64,000 bases of DNA from a virus. The stretch is from the IMG/VR virus record IMGVR_UViG_3300045594_000099, positions 1 through 64,000 of that record; one strand, given 5' to 3'. The notes under the pieces were generated by a model. The model saw nothing but the letters and a program-made list of their open reading frames with translations. It did not search any database and had not been told where the DNA came from. A program made the translations under genes and the position numbers. Positions 1 to 8,753 of this stretch are shown piece by piece (position 1 is the stretch's first letter; every line of letters begins with the position of its first letter).

Positions 1-126
1 GGTGGTGGATACTATGGTGCTGGTGCAGGTTCATTCTTGTCTAACAAGACTCTTATAGCGCTGAGGTCTGGTGCTTTTCTTGGTTCTTATCTCAATGTCA
101 ATACAGTAGTCAACACGAATTTCTAG
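1..126 (+). CDS. 3' end of an upstream gene (partial at window edge), Gly-rich C-terminus
   Basis: Frame 1 open from base 1 to TAG 124-126 (GGGYYGAGAGSFLSNK...VVNTNF*); a cassette promoter follows. Confidence 0.4.
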   Translation, partial: GGGYYGAGAGSFLSNKTLIALRSGAFLGSYLNVNTVVNTNF

Positions 127-128
127 AT

Positions 129-157
129 TTTACATTATTAACTATTTGATATATAAT
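129..157 (+). promoter_or_regulatory. Conserved sigma70-type cassette promoter (TTTACA-17-TATAAT)
   Basis: agaTTTTACAttattaactatttgataTATAATtat, about 30 bp upstream of the ligase start. Confidence 0.7.
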
Positions 158-185
158 TATATTAACGTATAAAAAATCGTAAAGA

Positions 186-2021
186 ATGGAATCTAAGATG
201 CTTTCTGAGACAGAAGACAAGATACGAGAAGCTAATAGAGCTTACTATGCAGGCCATCCGCTGATGACAGATGAAGAATACGATGAGATGGTCGAAAGCT
301 CTGGTCTTCTACAGTATCAGATTGATCAGATAAAGACAGAGTCTGTGATCGTATCAGACAAGATAAAGCACTACCAGCCAATGACATCATTGCCCAAAGT
401 CAAAAGCAAAGACGCTTTGCAGGAAGTCAATGGTCACAGAATATATCAGCTGAAGCTCGATGGCTCTTCGCTTGAAGTGCATTATGACTTCAATGGCAAT
501 TTTGATTATGCTGCATCACGAGGCGATTATGTCTATGGCGACAACAGAACGAAGCTAGTCATAGCTATGATAGCTCTTAACAAGATTCCATCTACATTCA
601 AGTATCATAGATGCGCTGTTCGTGGAGAGCTTATAGTAAGCAAAGAAGACATGTCTGTCCTTGGAAACGAGTTCATATCTCAAAGGTCTGCATCTTCAGG
701 CATAGCAAATCGTAATGATCCATCATATGCCAAGTTCTTGACATTCATTCCATATGACATCGTTTTCGATGATGGCAGCAAGTGGCAATATGTCAACGAT
801 GACATAACATTCGACAGCTTCGAAAAAGCAGAAGCTATGTTCAATTCAGAAGCATACCCATGCGATGGCGTCGTAGTCAAAGACTATGATGATGATTCTC
901 ATGAAGAGCTTAGAGGCATGAACTATGCTATGGCTTACAAGTTTGCTGACAAGCAGGTAGAGACTAGAATACGCGATGTCAACTGGCAGATTGGCAAGAC
1001 TGGAAAGCTTACGCCAGTAGCTAAGTTCGATATGGTGTTCATAGATGCTGAAGTGACAAGAGCTTCGCTTGGCTCATTAGAGCTTTTCAAGTCGCTAGAT
1101 CTTCACTATGGAGACAAGATAGTGGTCAAGAAAGCGAATATGGTCATACCGCAAGTAGTCAAGAATCTCGGTGGTGGCAAGAACAAGATAGAAGCTCCAG
1201 AATGGTGGAATGGCAAGAAGACATTTGTTCAAGGACAGCATCTCTACGGCTTTGACAGCGAAAGATGGAAGAAGATACTGTATTCTCAGTCAAGCCAGCT
1301 TTTTGGCAAGGGAGTATCTGGTGGCATCGTAGATCTTTGTGTAGATGAATATGAAGCTACGACTATCTTCGACATATACAAGATATGCATGGATAGCAAT
1401 TTCAAAGCTAAGTCTTATGGCGCTAGAAGGATAGAGAAGCTTAGAGAAGCTGTCTCTGAGCTCAAGACGAAGAATGCTCTTGACTTGCTTGACAGCGTCG
1501 GAATCGATGGGTTCTCATGGTCAAGATGCGTCAATATTGCAAAGAAAGCAGCTGAAGAAGCAAGACTGAAAGGTGTAAGCCAAAGCCAGTTCTTCATAGA
1601 CTTGGTAGATCCGTATAGCTTTGCTATATCTATCGATGGCATTGGAGGCAGTCTTGCTAAGACATTCTCAGATTCGTATCAAGATGTAAGAGACATATTC
1701 TCAAGATTCATAGACACATTCGGCGAAGACGCTAAAGACTGGAACGAAGACATAGAAGTTAAGAAGTCTGTCATCGCAAGCGTATGCGTTACAGGCAAGC
1801 TAGATTTGGGCAGGTCTAAAACGAGGTCTAGAATGAATTCTAATGGCATCGATGTGACTTCTGAAGTCGGCAAGCAGACAGATTTCCTTGTCTGCGGCTC
1901 TAATCCGACAATGCGAAAAGTCAATGATGCAGAGAATGCTGGCATCAAGATACTGTATTGCACACTTACAGAAGAAGCGATATCTCAGATAAAAGCTCTG
2001 AAACCGCTAGAAATCGCGTGA
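186..2021 (+). CDS. ligA: NAD-dependent DNA ligase (LigA family), apparently lacking the Cys4 zinc finger
   Basis: N-terminal Ia-like AYYAGHPLMTDEEYDEM; adenylation KLDGSS (KxDG); VRGELIV; CDGVVVK; AYKF; OB motif VNWQIGKTGKLTPVA; C-terminal BRCT-like FLVCGSNPTMRKVNDAENAGIKIL. Confidence 0.9.
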   Translation: MESKMLSETEDKIREANRAYYAGHPLMTDEEYDEMVESSGLLQYQIDQIKTESVIVSDKIKHYQPMTSLPKVKSKDALQEVNGHRIYQLKLDGSSLEVHYDFNGNFDYAASRGDYVYGDNRTKLVIAMIALNKIPSTFKYHRCAVRGELIVSKEDMSVLGNEFISQRSASSGIANRNDPSYAKFLTFIPYDIVFDDGSKWQYVNDDITFDSFEKAEAMFNSEAYPCDGVVVKDYDDDSHEELRGMNYAMAYKFADKQVETRIRDVNWQIGKTGKLTPVAKFDMVFIDAEVTRASLGSLELFKSLDLHYGDKIVVKKANMVIPQVVKNLGGGKNKIEAPEWWNGKKTFVQGQHLYGFDSERWKKILYSQSSQLFGKGVSGGIVDLCVDEYEATTIFDIYKICMDSNFKAKSYGARRIEKLREAVSELKTKNALDLLDSVGIDGFSWSRCVNIAKKAAEEARLKGVSQSQFFIDLVDPYSFAISIDGIGGSLAKTFSDSYQDVRDIFSRFIDTFGEDAKDWNEDIEVKKSVIASVCVTGKLDLGRSKTRSRMNSNGIDVTSEVGKQTDFLVCGSNPTMRKVNDAENAGIKILYCTLTEEAISQIKALKPLEIA

Positions 2022-2039
2022 AAGAAGAAAGATAAGAAA

Positions 2040-2495
2040 ATGCAGAATATAGACGGATTGTTCGTATCAGATTCTAAAGTCAATCTCATGCCGTCAGAAC
2101 GACTTGACATAAAGAATGCTATTGCTGCAGAATCAAACAGCTATCAGACGAAGTCTTCATTTGATGCAGCTGATTCTGCAAATGCTATCGAAAGCTCTGC
2201 AAAGCATTTTGCAGAAAGATTGATAAGCAGAATCAACAGCCTTGGATATCAGTGCTTCGTATCTTCTAATATAAAAGATGAAGACAACTGGACTATGTAT
2301 TCTGATGGCACTATGATGTGGACTCCCAAAGTCAGTCTTCTTGGCAGATACGATGCTAAGAAAGCTAAGCAAGAGACAGACTACGACAAACTCCAGTGGC
2401 AATGTCAGCATGGGTATGTCGATGGAAAAGTTGGAAAGCTCAAGAATGGCAATACTTGGACTGATGATGTAGACAAGACAAGCGTGCTATTCTAG
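2040..2495 (+). CDS. Hypothetical protein
   Basis: 151-aa ORF 19 bp after ligA stop; no motif recognised. Confidence 0.6.
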   Translation: MQNIDGLFVSDSKVNLMPSERLDIKNAIAAESNSYQTKSSFDAADSANAIESSAKHFAERLISRINSLGYQCFVSSNIKDEDNWTMYSDGTMMWTPKVSLLGRYDAKKAKQETDYDKLQWQCQHGYVDGKVGKLKNGNTWTDDVDKTSVLF

Positions 2496-2496
2496 A

Positions 2497-2594
2497 AGTA
2501 ACGACGTTGTTTTCTGTGAACTTGAGATATAGAGTATATATAATTATATATCTTTTATACTATAAGTTCACAGAGATAAACCTCATTAATCTGA
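2497..2594. repeat. Palindromic intergenic element, copy 1
   Basis: Left arm aacgacgttgttttctgtgaac, centre gtatatataattatatatc, right arm gttcacagagataaacctcattaatctg; starts right after the stop at 2495. Confidence 0.85.
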
Positions 2595-2657
2595 TGATAT
2601 ACATGGTCAATATGTAATATACAAATATAGATGATATGCAGTCAGCGAGATGCTGAT

Positions 2658-2686
2658 TTTACTTTCGTTAATAGTTGTTATATAAT
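2658..2686 (+). promoter_or_regulatory. Conserved cassette promoter (TTTACT-17-TATAAT)
   Basis: ctGATTTTACTTTCgttaatagttgtTATATAATATAA upstream of 2727. Confidence 0.75.
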
Positions 2687-2726
2687 ATAAATACATTGAA
2701 AAATGAACAGGAGGGAATGACATATT

Positions 2727-3680
2727 ATGACCGTTAAGTCTCGCTCTAAGAAATTCGAAGTGAATGACTCTCGCTTTCCGAATGAGCATATCAAGAATAG
2801 AAGCAATGTCGTCAATGATTTGACCGCTATTGATGTCAATCTAAGATACATGCCGACATGGGAAGAAGCTAAAGCTTTTCTTCCAGATGCTATCATGTCA
2901 ACATGGGCTGCTAAGTCAGATGAGTATGACTTCACTGAGCATCAGAAAGATGCTCTTATGTATAGAGCACTACGAAAGAAGTTCCTGCCTCAATATCTAG
3001 AATTCGTTAACGTAGTGTTTTCTGTCGATGGAATGACAGCACACGATCTTTCGCACACACTTCGAAACAGGAATGCTTCTTTCGCAGTAGAATGCACAGG
3101 AGACAATTACAAGAATCGCAATGATGTTTCTATGCCAGAAGCCTATAATGAGCTTGGCTTATCGCATGAGTATGAAGCACTTGCTACACTTCAAATGGAT
3201 CTGTATGCTAAAGCAATCAATTCTGGCATGAGCGTGCAAGATGCAAGACTTATCTTGCCAAGAGGCATCCATCAGTTCGTAATGCTTCGTATGACTTTAG
3301 GCAATGCATTGGGGCTGATCACGCAAAGAATTGACACCCAGATCCAGCCGCGTTCAGATAATGTCTTTGCTCTTCAGCTTGCAGTCGCTATGTGCAAGAA
3401 ATGGCCCTTGCTTGCAACTCTTATCGATTTTGATGACACTAACTGGTACTATGTCAAAGAGACTACGACTAATTTTGCTTCTAGATTCTTCAAGCCACTT
3501 CCGCAAAATGACAAGTTTGAGAATGATGACATTGAATTCAAATTCGATGCAGATCCTCTGCATATCCCAGGTCAGAAGACATTCATCAAGTTGCTGAATA
3601 AGTATAAAGATGAATTGCTAGCAATCAGAAAGCAAGCAGAAGCAGATTATCCATGGGTTTTCGATGAGGACTATCGCTGA
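2727..3680 (+). CDS. thyX: Divergent ThyX-like (flavin-dependent thymidylate synthase fold) protein
   Basis: VVFSVDGMTAHDLSHTLRNRNASFAVECTGDNY aligns to the ThyX motif RHRxxSxxxxSxRY with H to N, second S to C and R to G; downstream DARLILPRG...MLRMTLGNALGLITQR resembles the ThyX AR-x-LP / N-x-R block. Confidence 0.6.
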   Translation: MTVKSRSKKFEVNDSRFPNEHIKNRSNVVNDLTAIDVNLRYMPTWEEAKAFLPDAIMSTWAAKSDEYDFTEHQKDALMYRALRKKFLPQYLEFVNVVFSVDGMTAHDLSHTLRNRNASFAVECTGDNYKNRNDVSMPEAYNELGLSHEYEALATLQMDLYAKAINSGMSVQDARLILPRGIHQFVMLRMTLGNALGLITQRIDTQIQPRSDNVFALQLAVAMCKKWPLLATLIDFDDTNWYYVKETTTNFASRFFKPLPQNDKFENDDIEFKFDADPLHIPGQKTFIKLLNKYKDELLAIRKQAEADYPWVFDEDYR

Positions 3681-3703
3681 TCTAGCTGTTTGGAGTCTCT
3701 ATC

Positions 3704-5194
3704 ATGGCATATGACAAGGTTAAGAAAGCATGTCTTTCGCATAAGTTTTTAGAGCTTTTCTCTGATGATGATGAAGTGCTGTATGCTATGAAAGAGACGC
3801 CTAAGGCAGTGCTTCTGAAAGGCATTGCAACAGAGTCTTGGGTTCCGAAGTCATGCATATCAGAAGCGAATGCTATCGATTTTGATTCTATGTATTCTTC
3901 TCAGGAGAAGAGCATAAAATTTCCGATCAAGCATGACACAGAACACAAGTATAAGAACGTGCTTGCTTTGCCTTTGTATCAGCATCAGCAAGATGTAGTC
4001 AAAACACTGAAGAATAGCAGACGCTCATATCTTGGCATGGAGATGGGCACAGGAAAGACTGCTTCATCTCTTGCTCATATTGCTATACAGAAGCAGAAGT
4101 ATCCAATACAGATCATATGCGAAAAAGGCCTGATGTCCCAGTGGAAGAGCGAAATACATAAGTTTGCTCCAGACCTAGAAGACAGAGTAAGAATCATAAA
4201 TTACGACAAGATATTTCGAGATTCTTGCAAAGCGTATCTTTCAGAATTGAAGAAGAATCGCTACTTTCTTATACTCGAAGAAGTTTCTTGTCTAGGACAT
4301 ATAGAAGCTAAGAGAACGCAGAAGTCTATAGAGCTAGCTAAGAATGCTTTTGATGTTCAGATGCTTTCAGGCTCTTTCTACGGCGGCAAACTAGAGCAAT
4401 TCTATCCAGTCTTCACTATTCAGGGCTTTACTGGCTCTAAAGAGCAATTTGAAGGCATGTTCACTATAAAGATTCCTAGTGTCAAATCTGTAAGGACTAG
4501 ATATGGATACACTAAAATCAAAGACGAAAGAATTATTGGATATAAGAACATCGATTTGATGCTTAAGAAGTCTTCTGAATCTGGAGCTGTGTATCTTAAG
4601 ACAGAAGACTGCATAGACTTGCCTGAGACAGTCATATCTAGCGTATATGTAGCATTAGACAGGAAAGCAGTGAAGTATGAAGGTGCATTCTACAAGCTGC
4701 AGAGCACTATTGATGACAATGAAAAAAGAGGCATGCTCGCTAAGATAAAGCATATGAATTCTTGCGCAGACAACAAGAACAAGCTTGATGCTATCGAAGC
4801 GCTTCTAAGCAAGTCTTCAGATCGTTTTGTCATAATGTATTCGCTTGTAGATGAATTAGACGCACTTAAGAGAATTTGCAAGAAAGCTAATCGAAAAGTA
4901 TCGGAATGGAATGGATCCGTGAAGAACATGTCTGCTTTTGACAAGTATGACAATTCTGTGATGCTAGTCCAATGGCAGTCTGGTGCAAAAGGGCTGAATC
5001 TTCAGAAAGCAAACAAGATGATATTCACTTCTCCAATACCATCTGATGCTTACATACAAGCAAAGAAGAGAATACACAGGATCGGCCAGAAAAGAAAATG
5101 CTTCTATTGGCTTATCTGCTCTGATGACAGATTCGAAAGAAATAGGTATGAGCAGCTCTTCAAGTCTGAAGAAAGAGTCAATTCTATCGGTTGA
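3704..5194 (+). CDS. SNF2/Rad54-family helicase
   Basis: Motif I LGMEMGTGKT; motif II position LILEEVSCLGH (EE instead of DE); QSGAKGLNLQ; motif VI QAKKRIHRIGQKR. Confidence 0.8.
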   Translation: MAYDKVKKACLSHKFLELFSDDDEVLYAMKETPKAVLLKGIATESWVPKSCISEANAIDFDSMYSSQEKSIKFPIKHDTEHKYKNVLALPLYQHQQDVVKTLKNSRRSYLGMEMGTGKTASSLAHIAIQKQKYPIQIICEKGLMSQWKSEIHKFAPDLEDRVRIINYDKIFRDSCKAYLSELKKNRYFLILEEVSCLGHIEAKRTQKSIELAKNAFDVQMLSGSFYGGKLEQFYPVFTIQGFTGSKEQFEGMFTIKIPSVKSVRTRYGYTKIKDERIIGYKNIDLMLKKSSESGAVYLKTEDCIDLPETVISSVYVALDRKAVKYEGAFYKLQSTIDDNEKRGMLAKIKHMNSCADNKNKLDAIEALLSKSSDRFVIMYSLVDELDALKRICKKANRKVSEWNGSVKNMSAFDKYDNSVMLVQWQSGAKGLNLQKANKMIFTSPIPSDAYIQAKKRIHRIGQKRKCFYWLICSDDRFERNRYEQLFKSEERVNSIG

Positions 5195-5195
5195 T

Positions 5196-5224
5196 TTTAC
5201 ATTGCTAAAAATATGGTATATAAT
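5196..5224 (+). promoter_or_regulatory. Conserved cassette promoter (TTTACA-17-TATAAT)
   Basis: tGATTTTACAttgctaaaaatatggTATATAATATAAc; overlaps the tracked ATG at 5213, so the real start is taken downstream. Confidence 0.7.
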
Positions 5225-5260
5225 ATAACTAATCAACCTATTAAGGAAAGGTTCTTAGTT

Positions 5261-5776
5261 ATGGCAGACTCAGGCATATTCGTAAACGATAAGAGCATGT
5301 CTTTTGAAGATTTTGGCAAAGACTCGAAAATTTTCGATATCGACATCTCCATCTCTAAAGAGAAAGATCGTCTTAAAACTGACAGATGGACTGTCTTGAA
5401 AGATGGTCTTACTAATTCTTTGCTATACAAAGAAGAGAACGGCATAAGTTGCTTTCAAAGAGTCATATCTGCTGGCGATGTTGATGTCAATAGGATGTTC
5501 AAAGAAGACATTCCATTCTGTAAGCAATACATGTCAGACAATAGCATTGGTAAGTCGTATTTTGAGTATCTCCCAGTCATTCTAGTTCTTAAGAACACTA
5601 AGACTACTAGACGTGGTGGAATACGAAAAGTCAATATCAAAGAGAATGACGCAAAAGTTGTAGGCTTTGATTCTTCCAGGCTTTCAGTATATGATGAAGC
5701 ACCAGACGATGTGTGTCCAGTATGCTTCATGATACGAGCAAATGGCCACTGCTTTTGCGATGGCATAGCACTTTAA
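5261..5776 (+). CDS. Hypothetical protein with C-terminal Cys cluster
   Basis: ATG 5261 (MADSGIF) preceded by aaggaaagg; tracked start 5213 lies inside the -10 box; C-terminus CPVCFMIRANGHCFC. Confidence 0.6.
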   Translation: MADSGIFVNDKSMSFEDFGKDSKIFDIDISISKEKDRLKTDRWTVLKDGLTNSLLYKEENGISCFQRVISAGDVDVNRMFKEDIPFCKQYMSDNSIGKSYFEYLPVILVLKNTKTTRRGGIRKVNIKENDAKVVGFDSSRLSVYDEAPDDVCPVCFMIRANGHCFCDGIAL

Positions 5777-5805
5777 TATCAAAAACAACAACAAAAGGAA
5801 TCGCA

Positions 5806-6498
5806 ATGAAAAGAAAAGACAAAGTCTGCGACATGTCATTATTCAGCATTCAGTCTATAGATGACTGGGATGTAAATGACATCATAGATTATGCTGGGTT
5901 TGATAGTGAGACTTATGCAAAGCTTGATGACGCAGTCATTCCTAAGATGTACAGACTTTTCAACGTATGGCCTTTAGCAGATGCTCAGAAGCTTGTCAGT
6001 GATGTCAAGGAAGAGTATTCTAGGTCGAATCTGAAAGACATCGTAGTAGACAACAGCATCTATATCTCGGAAGAGATTGACATGCTAAGCGTAAGCAAAG
6101 CATTGAGCATCAGCAACAAAGACAAAGTATTCCGAGTAGATGACTTCAATGCAATGAAAGACTTCGATAAGGCTTTGATTAAGAAGCCAAGAACTAACGA
6201 AGAGCTTTATGAAGCAAAATATTCAGCTTTCGATACAATTATGAAAGATTTTGACAATCGAAGGTTTCAGAAGTCTGCAGTAGAAAATCCTAAAGAATCG
6301 TTAGAGTTTGCGATTCACGACTATTTAGAGAATGCAATTTATTGCTACGATGAAGAAGGTCTGTTAGAGATTCGTGGATTGCATCAAGCAGAATACTTCA
6401 TTCGCAAAATTGTTGGCAAAAGGAATTTCTCTGAGAATACATGGAAGATGCTTTCTTTCGCTTATGCAATTGATGAGAGGAAGTATTCGGGTGACTAA
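5806..6498 (+). CDS. Hypothetical protein
   Basis: ATG 5806 (MKRKDKV) preceded by aaaagga; upstream part of tracked ORF overlaps previous gene. Confidence 0.6.
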   Translation: MKRKDKVCDMSLFSIQSIDDWDVNDIIDYAGFDSETYAKLDDAVIPKMYRLFNVWPLADAQKLVSDVKEEYSRSNLKDIVVDNSIYISEEIDMLSVSKALSISNKDKVFRVDDFNAMKDFDKALIKKPRTNEELYEAKYSAFDTIMKDFDNRRFQKSAVENPKESLEFAIHDYLENAIYCYDEEGLLEIRGLHQAEYFIRKIVGKRNFSENTWKMLSFAYAIDERKYSGD

Positions 6499-7345
6499 AG
6501 CTACGCCAAGAGACTACTTCAAGAATCTAGACGCAGTCTACATCAATCTAGATGCAGCTGCAGAAAGACGAGAAGCTATAGAGAATTCTTTTTCGAACAC
6601 TTTCAGAAGTCTAACAAGGGTTGTTCCAATAGACTTCAAAGACAAGTTTGCTGTTGGTGTAGATACTAAGTTGCGGCTTATGGATGCTCTGCAGAACTAT
6701 GATGAAAAAGGCTACTTCAAGCGTTCGAATCAGTATAAGATCGAAGACATCGAAGACTTCAAGAATAGAAAGAATGACTGCAGATTCGTCAATGAAGTCT
6801 GGACACCTGAACAGTATGCTGCACAGGAAAGCCTGTCTCAGACATATAAGAAGATACTAGAAGACTTTCTAGCTAGCAAACTAGAACGTATCATGATTTT
6901 CGAAGACGATGCGCGTGCTAGAGATTTCATGAATCAAGAAATAGACATTCCTGACGATGCAGAGATTTTAGCATGGGGAGGCGCTACATCTTCAGTTCAG
7001 ACAGATGCTAGGCATTTTATGAACGAGCAGCCTTTTCACTTTCTTAGAGTAAGTGGCAAGCGCACAGCATGGTACTGCACTGCTTATGAATTCGCAAGAA
7101 CTGGTGCAGCTAAGCTTCTTGAAGACTTCAATTCTGTTCCAGCTTATACGACAGACACTATTATCAGATACACATTAGACAGAGCTACTGCATATCGTCT
7201 ATCGCCAATGGGCTTCGTTCAGGGCGATTCATCGTATCTAGCTAGAGAAGGCATCAGAATGCCATTGACTAGAGATGAAGCAAAGACATATGATTTCAAA
7301 AATGTAATTGAGCATAAAGCAAAATTGCAAGCAAGCGCAAATTAG
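6491..7345 (+). CDS. Glycosyltransferase family 25-like protein, paralog 1
   Basis: GTG 6491 after gaggaag; AVYINLDAAAERREAIE resembles the GT25 N-terminus (vInL..s.eRr); TPEQYAAQESLSQ and IMIFEDDARA resemble the gEiGC.lSH and ilEDD blocks. Confidence 0.55.
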   Translation: MTKATPRDYFKNLDAVYINLDAAAERREAIENSFSNTFRSLTRVVPIDFKDKFAVGVDTKLRLMDALQNYDEKGYFKRSNQYKIEDIEDFKNRKNDCRFVNEVWTPEQYAAQESLSQTYKKILEDFLASKLERIMIFEDDARARDFMNQEIDIPDDAEILAWGGATSSVQTDARHFMNEQPFHFLRVSGKRTAWYCTAYEFARTGAAKLLEDFNSVPAYTTDTIIRYTLDRATAYRLSPMGFVQGDSSYLAREGIRMPLTRDEAKTYDFKNVIEHKAKLQASAN

Positions 7346-7358
7346 AAAGAACAATTTC

Positions 7359-8216
7359 ATGGTTGTTATGAAGCCAAGAGACTACTTCAAGACAATCGAC
7401 GCAGTCTACATCAATCTAGATGCAGCCAAAGAAAGACGAGCCTCTATAGAACATGATTTTGGCAATGCATTCAGAAGTCTTACAAGAGTAGAGCCTGTTC
7501 ATTTCGATGACATGCGTTCAGCTGGCGTAGATGCGAAGATGCGGCTAATCGAATCAGCTGAAAGCTACGATGAAAAAGGCTACTTCAAATGTTCAGAGCA
7601 GTACAAGAAGATAAGTGCCGATCGTTTCAAGAAGCGAAAGAGTGGCAGCGTTCACGCTAATTCAGTCTGGACACCTGAACAGTATGCTGCGCAGGAAAGC
7701 CTGTCTCAGACATCTAGAAAGATCTTGCAAGCTTTTCTTAGCACTTCGTTGAATAAGCTTATGATTCTTGAAGACGATGCGCGTGCTAGAAATTTCATGA
7801 ATCAAGAAATTGACATCCCAGATGCAGACATTTTAGTGTGGGGTGGAGCAGTAACATCTGCACAATCTGATGCGAATAGATTCGCTAAGAACACTTCGTT
7901 CTGGTTTTCTAAAATTGATGGAAAGCATAATGCTTGGTATACGACAGCTTATGAAGTTTCCAGAGCTGGAGCAAGCAAGCTTCTTGAAGAGTATAATTCT
8001 CGTCCTGCTTACACAACAGATACAGTATGGCGATATGCTTTTGATGAAGTGAATGCTTACCATCTTATACCAATGGGATTTGTTCAGGGAGCGTCATCAT
8101 ATTTAGCTGACTCCGGCGTAGCAATGCCTTTGACTAGAGATGAAGCTGCAGCATATTGCTTCAAAGACATAACACATCGGACTAAAATTGTACAAAAGAA
8201 CAAAGTGGTTATATAA
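7359..8216 (+). CDS. Glycosyltransferase family 25-like protein, paralog 2 (tandem duplicate)
   Basis: About 60% identical by eye to 6491..7345 along its whole length; a near-identical 45-nt DNA stretch gtctggacacctgaacagtatgctgc.caggaaagcctgtctcagaca occurs in both. Confidence 0.55.
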   Translation: MVVMKPRDYFKTIDAVYINLDAAKERRASIEHDFGNAFRSLTRVEPVHFDDMRSAGVDAKMRLIESAESYDEKGYFKCSEQYKKISADRFKKRKSGSVHANSVWTPEQYAAQESLSQTSRKILQAFLSTSLNKLMILEDDARARNFMNQEIDIPDADILVWGGAVTSAQSDANRFAKNTSFWFSKIDGKHNAWYTTAYEVSRAGASKLLEEYNSRPAYTTDTVWRYAFDEVNAYHLIPMGFVQGASSYLADSGVAMPLTRDEAAAYCFKDITHRTKIVQKNKVVI

Positions 8217-8279
8217 TTATAAATATAAGGATTAAGAAGATTCCTTAGAATAACTTCTACAAAAAAGAAAGAATCGCGA

Positions 8280-8753
8280 ATGATTCCATACATTGAACTG
8301 ATTGGTCCAGACAGGTCTGGAAAGTCAACTATACTCAATTGTTTCAGAAAACGTCTTGAAAAAGACAAATTCTCTTTTGAGTTCATTCAAGACAGAGGCA
8401 TTGCAGATAGCGTTGTTCTTGATGCTTATTTCAATAGAACTAATGAAGATGTTCTTGATGAAAGACTAGCTTTTCTTGAATCTGCAAAACAGCATTACGA
8501 AATCATCTATGTGCATTCTAGCGCACCAATTCTTCAAAATAGAGTAGATGAAGAATTTGACAAAACTGATGCAGAAGACAGTTTCATGAATAAAGTCAAA
8601 GTTGATTCTAGCAAGCAATTAGAGCTTTACGACTTCTATTATGGCGTGTTCAAGTCTTTCATGCCATTTGTTTTTGAATATGATACTTCTTTGCATTCTA
8701 CCGATTTCATTGTAGACGAATTGCTTAAGAATAGAAAAGAAAGGGATTTGTAG
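8280..8753 (+). CDS. Deoxynucleoside monophosphate kinase (thymidylate-kinase-like P-loop)
   Basis: IELIGPDRSGKSTIL Walker A near N-terminus; QDRGIADSVV resembles the Tmk DR..S motif; 157 aa. Confidence 0.6.
   Translation: MIPYIELIGPDRSGKSTILNCFRKRLEKDKFSFEFIQDRGIADSVVLDAYFNRTNEDVLDERLAFLESAKQHYEIIYVHSSAPILQNRVDEEFDKTDAEDSFMNKVKVDSSKQLELYDFYYGVFKSFMPFVFEYDTSLHSTDFIVDELLKNRKERDL

Noticed and set aside
5213-5260. Tracked ORF starts lying inside -10 boxes (5213, 20563, 29190), where ATG comes from ..TATGGTATATAAT..
   Set aside because: Those ATGs are part of the conserved promoter and would lie upstream of the transcription start. Downstream ATGs with AAAGGA-type SD sequences were used instead.
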